Origin: an uncultured Thermococci archaeon
Lineage (GTDB): Archaea > Methanobacteriota_B > Thermococci > Methanofastidiosales > B48-G16
Reading direction: 5' to 3'
Length of the DNA stretch: 64,000 bases
Assembly: GCA_964595645.1 (NCBI GenBank)
Contig: CAZQQT010000004.1
Location: 96,001 to 160,000, forward strand
Below the pieces are notes generated by a model, which did no database searches, was not told the DNA's origin, and saw nothing but the letters and a program-made list of their open reading frames with translations. This document shows positions 41,052 to 50,165 of the stretch, one piece after another; position 1 is the first letter of the stretch, and every line of letters begins with the position of its first letter. Made by a program: the position numbers and the translations under genes.

Positions 41052-41579
41052 TCACATCGCCTGCTCGATGAACGCAATGAGACGATCAATGATACTTCCG
41101 AGTCCCATCTCCTCCAGCGTGGTGTTGATGGTGAGTGTTGTCTGGAGGGGCACGATAATATCCTTCTTAAAGGTGAGCTCCTTATGGAGGGGAACGTCTA
41201 CCTCCACGGTATCCTTCACGGGGACGGTGACCCGGGTATCGATGGGCACGACGATCCGCTGTCGTTTCCCGTTGAGTACGATGGTCGTCGCTACCTCGTC
41301 AACGATCCGTACTTCGGTGGTGGTGTCCACCGGAACCTCCACGGTCACCGTCTCATCGAATGCCGTGGAGAATTCCACGGGAACAACTTTCTCCTCGTCG
41401 ATGTTGTAGGTAAACGAGATCGGCTCATCCTTGAGATCCTCCAGTTCTTGGGAGAGGTGCGCCATTCCCGTGGAGATATCCTGTTTCGTGGAGTACAACG
41501 TGTAGATCAACGCAGCGTTTATCGTTAACGAAAGAATCACGCCGATGGTGAGTGCGTAGAGAACTTTTTCTGAGTTCAT
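41052..41579 (-). CDS. Membrane-anchored hypothetical protein with V.VP.-type beta repeats
   Basis: N-terminal TM; repeats VEVPVDT/VVPIDT/VPVKDT/VPL. Confidence 0.6.
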   Translation of the reverse strand: MNSEKVLYALTIGVILSLTINAALIYTLYSTKQDISTGMAHLSQELEDLKDEPISFTYNIDEEKVVPVEFSTAFDETVTVEVPVDTTTEVRIVDEVATTIVLNGKRQRIVVPIDTRVTVPVKDTVEVDVPLHKELTFKKDIIVPLQTTLTINTTLEEMGLGSIIDRLIAFIEQAM

Positions 41580-41650
41580 GTTAATATGCATATAGCTATT
41601 ATTTGATGTTCTCACTTAAATCTTGTGGAAAAAAGAAATAATTGGTATGT

Positions 41651-41708
41651 GTGTTATCCATAGTTAATAACACTTTTGTTAATTTGTTGGGAACAAAACA
41701 TTTATATA
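41651..41708 (+). promoter_or_regulatory. Putative AbiEi operator (two adjacent palindromes) plus TATA
   Basis: GTGTTAT-N9-ATAACAC, TTTTGTT-N11-AACAAAA, then TTTATATA. Confidence 0.5.
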
Positions 41709-41729
41709 CTGGAAATACGAAAAGAAATA

Positions 41730-42455
41730 ATGGATAGACTGACAATCGTGAAACGATTAGGCTCGTTGAGAACGGCTGTATTCACGCTTTCACAGATCTC
41801 TGCACTTTTTGATAAACCAATTGAGAGTACGAGAGTCTTACTGAGCAGGTTGGTGAAAGATGATGTACTTGTGAGGGTGAAACGTGGGCATTACTGTGTA
41901 CCGTCTACACCTGTCTTGAGCATTGCATCGAGTATCTACGTTCCTTCGTACGTATCTCTATGGGCTGCATTTGAGTATTACGGAACAACCACCCAGACAC
42001 CCCAGATTATCGATACTGTAAATACAGAGAAGTCCGGTAAAAGAGAATTATCTGTAGAGGAAGGAACGTTCACACTACGTTTTGTGAAAACCAATGAATC
42101 GTTTATGTACGGAATCAAAAAAGTATATCTCGATGGAAAAACAACGTTTATAGCCGAGAAAGAAAAGGCAATCATTGACGGATTGCTTTTTCATAATTAC
42201 GTTCCGTTAGAAGAGGTTATCGAAGCGATAAGGAATGGAATCGATAGGGAAAGAGCAATAACGTATGCGAATATGTGTGGAAAACAAGTGGTGATGAAAC
42301 GTCTTGGTTACCTAGTAGATCGGGAGGGAGAGGGATGTGATCCTGGAGAGTTCGGTAAGTTATCCGATACATACGTACCCTTGGACCCATCGTTTCCTCG
42401 AAGAGGATCGTATGATTCAACATGGCGTATTATTGATAATAGGAGGAAAAGATGA
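41730..42455 (+). CDS. abiEi: AbiEi type IV antitoxin
   Basis: N-terminal wHTH RVKRGHY, PSYVSLWAAFEYYG..TQ.P, AEKEKAIID. Confidence 0.88.
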   Translation: MDRLTIVKRLGSLRTAVFTLSQISALFDKPIESTRVLLSRLVKDDVLVRVKRGHYCVPSTPVLSIASSIYVPSYVSLWAAFEYYGTTTQTPQIIDTVNTEKSGKRELSVEEGTFTLRFVKTNESFMYGIKKVYLDGKTTFIAEKEKAIIDGLLFHNYVPLEEVIEAIRNGIDRERAITYANMCGKQVVMKRLGYLVDREGEGCDPGEFGKLSDTYVPLDPSFPRRGSYDSTWRIIDNRRKR

Positions 42456-43222
42456 ATAGAGAGGAATTGAAATCGTATGTAGGAACGACGGCGTTTTCGC
42501 TTGGTCACGTGGAAAAGGACTACTTCCAGCATATCGTGTTGGGAGCGCTTTCACGGAAATGGAGTGCGGATCTTATCTTCAAGGGGGGAACAGCATTGCA
42601 AAAGATCGGAGTGATACCACGATTCAGTGAAGACCTAGATTTCACTGAGGAAACAGACATTTTTCCAAAAAATCTTGCCGATACGGTAGTAAGAACTATT
42701 GAATCCTATAATTACCCAGTTGAAGTCGACAAGTTCACTGATGAAAGAAGAACAGCAGGATTTAGGGTGAAAATACGAGGTCCACTGTACAGAAACAAGA
42801 GGGGTGTATGTTCCATCCGGGTAGAGATCAGTAGAAGGGAGAAGGTGGTGTTGAAGCCGCTGTCAGAAGAGATCGATCCACCCTACAAAGATGTCCTCCC
42901 ATATGTAATACAAGTAATGAGGAAAGACGAGATACTCGCAGAAAAAGTCCGTGCGATAATGACCAGAGACAACGTGAGAGATCTTTATGACATCTATAAA
43001 TTGATAAAGAGCGGAGCAACATTCAGAAAAGAGTTAATAGATAAAAAACTTGAATATTACGGGATGGAGTTCGATACGGCAGCATCTATTGAACGGTGTA
43101 AGGAAGTGAGCAGAAGATGGAACGACGACCTCAGCAGTGTAATGGAACATGTCCCTCCCATGGACGTGGCGTTGGACACAGTGATCGATAAAATCTATAC
43201 ACGAGGGGAAGATAGATATTGA
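42452..43222 (+). CDS. abiEii: AbiEii nucleotidyltransferase toxin
   Basis: EKDY, FKGGTAL, RFSEDLDF, AEK..A...R..RDLYD. Confidence 0.92.
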   Translation: MNREELKSYVGTTAFSLGHVEKDYFQHIVLGALSRKWSADLIFKGGTALQKIGVIPRFSEDLDFTEETDIFPKNLADTVVRTIESYNYPVEVDKFTDERRTAGFRVKIRGPLYRNKRGVCSIRVEISRREKVVLKPLSEEIDPPYKDVLPYVIQVMRKDEILAEKVRAIMTRDNVRDLYDIYKLIKSGATFRKELIDKKLEYYGMEFDTAASIERCKEVSRRWNDDLSSVMEHVPPMDVALDTVIDKIYTRGEDRY

Positions 43223-43337
43223 CGTTCCCAAAATCTGTGTTGTAGAGATGGCGGCAGCTGTAAAAAGACTTGGCGATGAGGACCTGGCAATGAAAATTTC
43301 TAAAAAGATTGAAAATAAAGTAAAATCAGGTTTTTGA
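43204..43337 (+). pseudogene. Internal PIN/VapC-like fragment
   Basis: GKIDIDVPKICVVEMAAAVKRL overlapping the abiEii end; no start. Confidence 0.4.
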
Positions 43338-43440
43338 TAATATCTCATATATAAAAGAATCGTACAAGAAATACATGGATGAAATGACAGATACCGTTAT
43401 TAACATGTGGTGAATATTGTAACCAAGAGATTTCCCTGCT

Positions 43441-43590
43441 ATGAGCAAACGAATCCCTGTCTCCGAAAAACGATGGAAGGAGTTGTCTAATATAGAGGAA
43501 AATCCGAATGTATACCCTTTGATGGGGTAGAATAATATCGTATGAGGTTCGTATCTCTGAAAAAGTTCAAGCGTTTCTCCATGTACAAGG
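43441..43590 (+). pseudogene. Antitoxin plus RelE-like toxin remnants
   Basis: MSKRIPVSEKRWKELS...* followed by ISYEVRISEKVQAFL (start lost). Confidence 0.5.
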
Positions 43591-43649
43591 CAATCATTCC
43601 GGCGGTAGAAGTGATATATTTTTATGTGAAGACATCGTAGAGTAATCAT

Positions 43650-43871
43650 ATGAAATTAGTTGAGAAAGAGAGACTTCTGAAAATCATTGTCGATAGATGT
43701 AAAAAAAAGATCGGAGAAGATCTTGTGAGCATCATTCTTTTTGGATCCTTGGCAAGGGGAGATTTTGATGGACGATCAGATATAGATTTACTTATAGTAA
43801 TGGAAAATGATAGAAAGGAGGATATACTCAAGGACATAAGGCTCGAGTTCCTCAACGGTATTACAGTATAA
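43650..43871 (+). pseudogene. Truncated MNT nucleotidyltransferase
   Basis: ILFGSLARGDF..SDIDLL; only 73 aa; no partner gene. Confidence 0.7.
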
Positions 43872-43899
43872 GAACTATTTCCTTAAAGAAGGAAAAATA

Positions 43900-44102
43900 T
43901 GGCTTTTACTACGAACGGTGAACATCGCTTCATCACGGGATGAATTCGACAACTTTTTCTTTTTCATTAAAACAGATCGTAAATTGTGTGAAGATATCTT
44001 TTCTTCCAATAATATTGAATCCTATACCGAGTTGTCTCGAGAATCCAATTGTGGTGGAAAATGTCTTTTCTGCAAGTTGGACTGTACGTACGAAAACTTC
44101 AT
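43900..44102 (-). pseudogene. Retropepsin-like aspartyl protease with internal deletion
   Basis: MKFSY joined out of frame to ..GFSRQLGIGFNIIGRKDIFTQFTICFNE; D[ST]G motif absent. Confidence 0.6.
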
Positions 44103-44305
44103 AAGAGCGTCACTGTCTCCTCTTCTCGTGGTACATAGGTGATAGACACTTCTTTTTCAGGGTACTTCTCCTTCGCTTTTTTGAAGACCTCATTTTCACT
44201 ATCTCCAATAGCCACCAGCTCACTCCCCACAATTGCAATGTACTTTCCCGGATACTTTTCCGACCACTGTTGCGAATGGTTCAACAGATATTCATGTGCC
44301 TCCAT
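44099..44305 (-). CDS. DUF5678 family protein
   Basis: KYPGKYIAI...VAIG.S..EV...A..KYP. Confidence 0.8.
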   Translation of the reverse strand: MEAHEYLLNHSQQWSEKYPGKYIAIVGSELVAIGDSENEVFKKAKEKYPEKEVSITYVPREEETVTLL

Positions 44306-44559
44306 ACGTAATAGGTTGGTCTCTATGCTTATATATCTTTTCATTCGTTCTGTTGCTGCATACGTGAGATCAGATATGTGGGTGTTCCTCTCTCACTGCA
44401 ATGTAGAGATCTGGGTTGTATCTTCATTTTGCAAGAACACATAGAGGAGCCAGGGGAAAAATAGATGGTCTTTGAGGCATCCCTAGTGAATACTGTTAAT
44501 GTAGTAGAAATTACTGATACAATGATCGTCACTCTCGTGAAAAAAAGAAAAAAAGAGAG

Positions 44560-44733
44560 CTATATTTTCGCAATGAAAAAGCAGAACACTCCTGCGAGGA
44601 TCAGGACAATGCCAATGGCTCCTTCGAACACTGTCACTAGTTCCTCCCACCATCCTAACCCCTGCGGGATCAGGGTGTAGAGCCCTACTGCAATCAAGAC
44701 AATGCCAATCAGTACCCATACTAGCTTATGCAT
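44560..44733 (-). CDS. 57-aa two-TM membrane protein
   Basis: Not in ORF track. MHKLVWVLIGIVLIAVGLYTLIPQGLGWWEELVTVFEGAIGIVLILAGVFCFFIAKI; TATAAATA upstream. Confidence 0.7.
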   Translation of the reverse strand: MHKLVWVLIGIVLIAVGLYTLIPQGLGWWEELVTVFEGAIGIVLILAGVFCFFIAKI

Positions 44734-45047
44734 GATATCACTCGTGCTCCCTTCGTCTTCGGTATATTTATACCTTTTGCTCTTCCCACAGTTCCATCTT
44801 CAAATGTGGAAATATCGTGGTATATTGGAAAGTACGAGGAATGGAGAAAAAGTTTTTAAAGTCAGCCGGATAGATGATCGGGAAGAAGAGTAATAGAGAG
44901 GGGACCACGATCTCAATTGACGGAAGGATGAGAGGCGGACGTGGTCTGGGTAGTTGAAGGTATACACAGAACTGTCCTTTTTGAAGAAGTACGTGAAAAA
45001 TCGTGCAAAGATTTGTTAAGGTGAGAGAAGAATAAGCAATGATCTGT

Positions 45048-45310
45048 ATGAAAACAAGGGCGATCTATGAAAAGGGAACATTGCCATTATTAGAGAAGGT
45101 AGAGTTGGAAGAGGGTGAGAAGGTAGAAATCGAGTTTAAAAAGCAAAGAAAAAGATGATAAAAAAGATATTTTGAAATACGCGGGGATATTAAAAAATTT
45201 AAATGGAAAAGAAGAAAAATTGTTTCTAGACGCAGTAAAAAGAAGAAATTTTTTTGAGGAAACGTTGAAACAAGTGTTCTCATTACCTTCTTAAGGGGGA
45301 AAAGAACGTG
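45048..45310 (+). pseudogene. AF2212/DUF104 antitoxin (truncated) plus VapC N-terminal remnant
   Basis: MKTRAIYEKG.L..LEKVELEEGEKVEI; then VETSVLITFLRG. Confidence 0.65.
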
Positions 45311-45450
45311 CTTACCCCAAAGTATAGTGGTCATCGCATCATATCATAGTACGACTTCGCGTTGACGTATCGGAGAAATAAAATTAGATTTCTGGGGAAT
45401 AGATAGAGTAATAAAGAACAAAAACCATAAATGCATTATAGGGTGATCAG

Positions 45451-45751
45451 ACGGACATCGATGAAATCAATCATGAGATCATTAAAAAATGTATTCAAGA
45501 AGATAGATTTATTATTTCAAATCACGCAAGGGTGAGAATGTTCCAGAGAAATATATCCACAGACAATATTAAAGACCTTATAGAAAAGGGAGAAATAATT
45601 GAAGAGTATCCAGAAGATGAGCATGCCCCTCTGCGTTCACACCTGAATAAAAATCCTTATCTCTCAATGTGAAGATCATATAAGAATAGTAACCGTGTAT
45701 CATCCAGACAAAAATAAATGGATAGAGTATAAAGTAAGGAGGGATAAATAA
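45451..45751 (+). pseudogene. DUF4258 toxin pseudogene
   Basis: ACG in start position after GGTGAT; ISNHARVRMFQRNI..GEIIEEYPED; frameshifted IVTVYHPD..W. Confidence 0.75.
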
Positions 45752-46005
45752 TGAAACCAGAAAAATGTAGTTTTTGTAAAGGAAAGCTGTCCAAAGGGAA
45801 GACTGAGTTTGTTGCCAAAGTAGGAAAGGAAGTGATCTCCATCAACGATGTTCCAGCTTACATCTGTGAGGACTGCGGAGAGGCATATTACTCACCAGAA
45901 ATTTCAAGAAAAATAGACACAATCATGAAAGAGTTCCATGAGGGCAGACTCTTGGCACACCCTATAGCTGCTGGTGAGATCGATCTTGAGAATGTTAGTG
46001 TGTAA
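45751..46005 (+). CDS. YgiT-type zinc finger (MqsA-like antitoxin)
   Basis: CSFCKG...DVPAYICEDCGE.YY. Confidence 0.88.
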   Translation: MKPEKCSFCKGKLSKGKTEFVAKVGKEVISINDVPAYICEDCGEAYYSPEISRKIDTIMKEFHEGRLLAHPIAAGEIDLENVSV

Positions 46006-46268
46006 ATCGTATGGTATACTCTGGCACATGGAACGATACAGGGTGCACGAACATGAAGAGTGCGTATTCTCATGGTACACGGGATGAACATCCCATGACC
46101 CAAAAAATAGAGAAACTGCTGAGGGATAATACTAGATTACTCAAAAGATAGAGAGATCATCTTCGTGAATCCATGTACGAATATATCTGGAGATATATGA
46201 TGTGCAGGTAGAACTAATAGGCGTGTGGTCTGGGTAGTGGTTTTTTTCTATCAAAAGGAGGATAACAC

Positions 46269-46700
46269 ATGCGGCGAATCGTGGTACTCTGTGTCTGTCT
46301 GTCACTTCTCACCCTGCTCATGGGGTACTACGCGCTCACTTACGAGGAACACAAGGAGTACCCCACGAATGAAGAGGTGGTGAGAGGTGTCGAAGGAACG
46401 GTGTCCATTGGCGGCGTGGTGATCGGGGCTGAGACGATACGTATCGAGTACGGATCCAGCGAAAAGGAGATCATCGTCCACTCGGATGACGCGATGAACA
46501 AGGGGGACTTCGTGGAGATCCTCGGTGTGCTCCACGGCAACGAGATCGTTCCCGAGAAGATCATTGTGTATGAGAAATGGTCGTACTACGGTATCTTCAT
46601 TCGTTCTGCTATCGTAATCCCGATCATGCTGTACCTATTTTTCCGATACTGGATCTTCGATACAGCCGAAATGATCATCAGGAGGCGGGAGCATGCCTGA
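46269..46700 (+). CDS. Membrane-anchored OB-fold-like protein
   Basis: TM at both ends; GDFVEILG. Confidence 0.6.
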   Translation: MRRIVVLCVCLSLLTLLMGYYALTYEEHKEYPTNEEVVRGVEGTVSIGGVVIGAETIRIEYGSSEKEIIVHSDDAMNKGDFVEILGVLHGNEIVPEKIIVYEKWSYYGIFIRSAIVIPIMLYLFFRYWIFDTAEMIIRRREHA

Positions 46701-47160
46701 CTGGCTCGCTCATCTCGCCTTCGCCTACATCCTCTGCAGGATCCTCAGGTATAGATTTCCCTTTGACACGCATCGAACGATGCTCGTGATGGTGGGGTCC
46801 TTGATCCCCGATCTGGTAAAAATCGAACTGCTTTTTGATTTTTTTGGGATAGAGATGGAGTTCCTCACACCGCTGCATACACCCATCGGCTCGGTCCTTT
46901 CTGCGGCAATTGTTGCATCCTTGTTCTCCGAGATGATGCTCACCTTCTCCCTCTTCCTTCTCGGCGCTGCAACGCATTTAGGACTCGATCTCCTCATGGG
47001 GCATGTGGAGGGAGGGATACATCTACTGTTCCCATTCAGCTGGGACACATATCAGCTCGGGATCATTCAGTGTGACGAGTGGAGGCTCACAGTTGTGTTA
47101 GTTGTTGTTGCACTCGGAATTTTCCTCGTAGAGAGGTACATGCATAGTAAAGAATCGTAG
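46693..47160 (+). CDS. YdjM-like membrane metal-dependent hydrolase
   Basis: MPDW.AH, GSLIPD, HT, THLGLD. Confidence 0.8.
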   Translation: MPDWLAHLAFAYILCRILRYRFPFDTHRTMLVMVGSLIPDLVKIELLFDFFGIEMEFLTPLHTPIGSVLSAAIVASLFSEMMLTFSLFLLGAATHLGLDLLMGHVEGGIHLLFPFSWDTYQLGIIQCDEWRLTVVLVVVALGIFLVERYMHSKES

Positions 47161-47196
47161 AAGAGAAGTACTATGAAATTCGTTAAAAGCTAAAAT

Positions 47197-48117
47197 ATGG
47201 TGATGAATATGAGAATGCTCGTGACAGGAGGCGCAGGGTTCATCGGGAGTAACCTGGTGGATCTGCTCGTAGAGAAAGGACACGATGTTGTGGTGGTCGA
47301 CAATCTCCACACCGGAGCGAAAGAGAATATTCGAGAGTTTAAAAAAGATATAGAGCTCATTCACAAGGACTGTGGAGACGTGACATCGGAAGAAGTTGAT
47401 GAGATTGACGGAATCTTCCATATGGGGATCTACTCTTCTTCCCCAATGTACTGGGAGGATCCCTCGCTCGTTGGGGAAGCAGTCAACGACTTCCTGCACA
47501 TGCTGGATCTAGCTCGAGAAAAGAACGTGAAGATGGTCTGGGCGTCCAGTTCCTCCATTTACAACGGGAACCCCACGCCGTGGAGAGAGGATATGCCTAT
47601 TTATGTGAAGGATTACTACACGGAGGCACGGTACTCCATGGAACGGCTCGCTAAACTCCACTACGACTGGCACGGAACGGAGACGATCGCACTCCGGTTC
47701 TTCTCCGTGTACGGACCGAAGGAAAAGGCGAAGGGACGGTACGCGAACTTGGTGTCACAGTTCTTATGGAAAATGCAGGAGGGAGATACGCCGGTGATCT
47801 ACGGCGACGGTACGCAGACACGGGATTTCACGTACGTCGACGATGTCACAGAGGCCATTCTCGCCGCGTTCAATGCGGAAATCGAACACGATATCTTCAA
47901 TGTCGGCACGGGCGAATGCTACAGTCTTAACAAGCTCGTGGAGATTCTCAACGAGATACTGGAAACTGATATCACACCAAAGTACGTGGAGAACCCGATA
48001 AAGGGATACGTGCAGGAAACACTGACAGACACGACCAAGGCGAAAAAGGAGCTGGGGTTTGAGGCGTCGATAGGGCTGAGAGAAGGGATAGGAAAGTTGG
48101 TTGATGAAGGAGAGTAA
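47197..48117 (+). CDS. NAD-dependent nucleotide-sugar epimerase/dehydratase
   Basis: [24 protein letters not shown]. Confidence 0.9.
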   Translation: MVMNMRMLVTGGAGFIGSNLVDLLVEKGHDVVVVDNLHTGAKENIREFKKDIELIHKDCGDVTSEEVDEIDGIFHMGIYSSSPMYWEDPSLVGEAVNDFLHMLDLAREKNVKMVWASSSSIYNGNPTPWREDMPIYVKDYYTEARYSMERLAKLHYDWHGTETIALRFFSVYGPKEKAKGRYANLVSQFLWKMQEGDTPVIYGDGTQTRDFTYVDDVTEAILAAFNAEIEHDIFNVGTGECYSLNKLVEILNEILETDITPKYVENPIKGYVQETLTDTTKAKKELGFEASIGLREGIGKLVDEGE

Positions 48118-48119
48118 CA

Positions 48120-49370
48120 ATGAACATCTCAATTATTGGCACAGGTTACGTTGGGCTCGTGACAGGAGCCTGCCTCGCCAGCCTTGGCCATACCGTGACC
48201 TGCGTGGATATCGTACAGGAAAAAGTAGATCGTATCAATAACAAACAGCCACCTATTTATGAAGGGGGGCTGGAAGAGATATTACAGGAGACGGTGGGAA
48301 CAAGGCTGTCAGCCACCACAGACCTCAAAAAAGCGGTACTTAACTCTGACATCACATTCATCTGTGTGGGGACGCCCTCAAAGGAAGATGGATCCATCGA
48401 TTTGATGTATATAAAAAAAGCCGCAAGGCAAATAGGCACGGCCCTCAAAGAGAAAGAGGAGTACCATCTGGTGGTAGTAAAATCCACCGTTATTCCTGGA
48501 ACAACAGAAAAAATAAAAGAAATTATAGAAAAATCCTCAGGAAACCAACACTTCGGCATCTGTATGAACCCCGAGTTTCTTAGGGAGGGAAAAGCAGTCC
48601 ACGATTTTATGCATCCCGATCGGATTGTAATCGGTGTCGACGAGAAAAAAAGCGGCGATATGCTCGACAAATTGTACAAAAATTTTTCATGCCCAATCCT
48701 CCGCGTTGATATACGAACGGCAGAGATGATAAAGTACACGTCCAACGCGTTTCTCGCAACGAAAATCTCCTTTATCAATGAGATCGGGAATATCTGTAAG
48801 AAATTAGGCATCGACGTGTACGATGTCGCCGAAGGGATGGGGTTAGACACACGGATCTCGCCGAAGTTCTTACGGGCGGGCTGTGGGTTTGGCGGCTCGT
48901 GTTTTCCCAAGGACGTGAAGGCACTGATTGCCAAAGCGATGGAGCTGACCTACGATCCCACGCTCCTCGAAAGTGTGATGAAGGTAAACGAGCGGCAGCC
49001 GCTACAAATGATTGAGCTGCTGAAAAATAAGCTAGGAGATGTAGAAAACAAAAATATCGGCGTACTGGGGCTTGCCTTTAAGCCCGAGAGCGACGATATT
49101 AGAGAGTCCCGTGCGATCCCGATCATTCAGGGGCTAATAGAAGAAAACGCGAATGTCTACGCGTACGATCCAAAAGCAATGGGACACATGAAGGAACGCT
49201 TCCCAGAAGTAAGGTATGAAGACAATGCTCAGTCCGTGATAGACAAAACTGAGGCCGTGTTACTAGTCACAGCATGGCAGGAGTTTAAAAATCTCAACTA
49301 TAACAATAAACTGGTGATCGACGGTAGAAAGATTCTCGAAGGAAACAACTACGAGGGGATATGTTGGTGA
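48120..49370 (+). CDS. ugd: UDP-glucose 6-dehydrogenase (AglM/Ugd)
   Basis: GTGYVG, NPEFLREG, GFGGSCFPKD. Confidence 0.95.
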   Translation: MNISIIGTGYVGLVTGACLASLGHTVTCVDIVQEKVDRINNKQPPIYEGGLEEILQETVGTRLSATTDLKKAVLNSDITFICVGTPSKEDGSIDLMYIKKAARQIGTALKEKEEYHLVVVKSTVIPGTTEKIKEIIEKSSGNQHFGICMNPEFLREGKAVHDFMHPDRIVIGVDEKKSGDMLDKLYKNFSCPILRVDIRTAEMIKYTSNAFLATKISFINEIGNICKKLGIDVYDVAEGMGLDTRISPKFLRAGCGFGGSCFPKDVKALIAKAMELTYDPTLLESVMKVNERQPLQMIELLKNKLGDVENKNIGVLGLAFKPESDDIRESRAIPIIQGLIEENANVYAYDPKAMGHMKERFPEVRYEDNAQSVIDKTEAVLLVTAWQEFKNLNYNNKLVIDGRKILEGNNYEGICW

Positions 49371-49374
49371 TCAC

Positions 49375-50154
49375 ATGGTGAAGAAAGGAGTAATTCTCGC
49401 GGCTGGCGAGGGAACACGGCTGCGGCCTATCACGAAAGCGATTCCGAAGGAGATGATTCGAGTCGGAAAAAAACCGACGATAGGGCACGTGGTTGAAGTA
49501 CTACGGCATGGGGGGGTAGAGGAAGTGTTGGTGATCGTGGGAAGAAAGAAACACGCCATCATCGATTATCTGGGATCAGGGGATGAGTTTGGTATCGATG
49601 TGTACTATCGAGTCCAAGAAGAACCGAAGGGTACGGCCCACGCCACTGCCCTAGCCGAAACGTTCATCGATCACGACGACTTTGCCCTGATCTATGGGGA
49701 CAACTACATCTCGCCGTACAACGTGATGAAAGAAATTGTTGCTTTTCATAAGCAAAAAAACGGTGCGGGGACTTTGGTCTTGAACCCTGTCAACGATCCT
49801 CGCCGTTTTGGGGTGGTAAACCTCGATGATGAGAACAAAGTACGTGGAATCATAGAGAAACCCACCTTGAAAGAGGCCCAACCGTACAAACGGAACGATC
49901 ACTGGCTGAATATCGCTGGGTTGATGATACTCTCATCCAAGATATTTACGTATATACGAAAAGTGGAGCCGGGGAAAAACAACGAACTCTGGCTCACAGA
50001 CGCCATTGAGCTGATGAGAAAGAATAAAAATGACCTCTACGGCTATATCTATAAAGGGAAACGGTACGATATCGGGACCTTTGAGTCGCTGAAAAAAGCT
50101 GATGAGCTTGAGTTAGAAAGAAGAAAGGAAAATTCTAAAAACAAGAAAGAATAG
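49375..50154 (+). CDS. Sugar-1-phosphate nucleotidyltransferase (AglF/RfbA-like)
   Basis: LAAGEGTRLRP.T...PK, EKP, DIG. Confidence 0.9.
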   Translation: MVKKGVILAAGEGTRLRPITKAIPKEMIRVGKKPTIGHVVEVLRHGGVEEVLVIVGRKKHAIIDYLGSGDEFGIDVYYRVQEEPKGTAHATALAETFIDHDDFALIYGDNYISPYNVMKEIVAFHKQKNGAGTLVLNPVNDPRRFGVVNLDDENKVRGIIEKPTLKEAQPYKRNDHWLNIAGLMILSSKIFTYIRKVEPGKNNELWLTDAIELMRKNKNDLYGYIYKGKRYDIGTFESLKKADELELERRKENSKNKKE

Positions 50155-50165
50155 GTGCTGAAAAT

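Larger units (their letters stand above)
44941..46238 (+). repeat. 14-bp direct repeat GTGGTCTGGGTAGT flanking a TA-remnant segment
   Basis: Exact copies at 44941-44954 and 46225-46238, each preceded by AGGCG. Confidence 0.7.
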
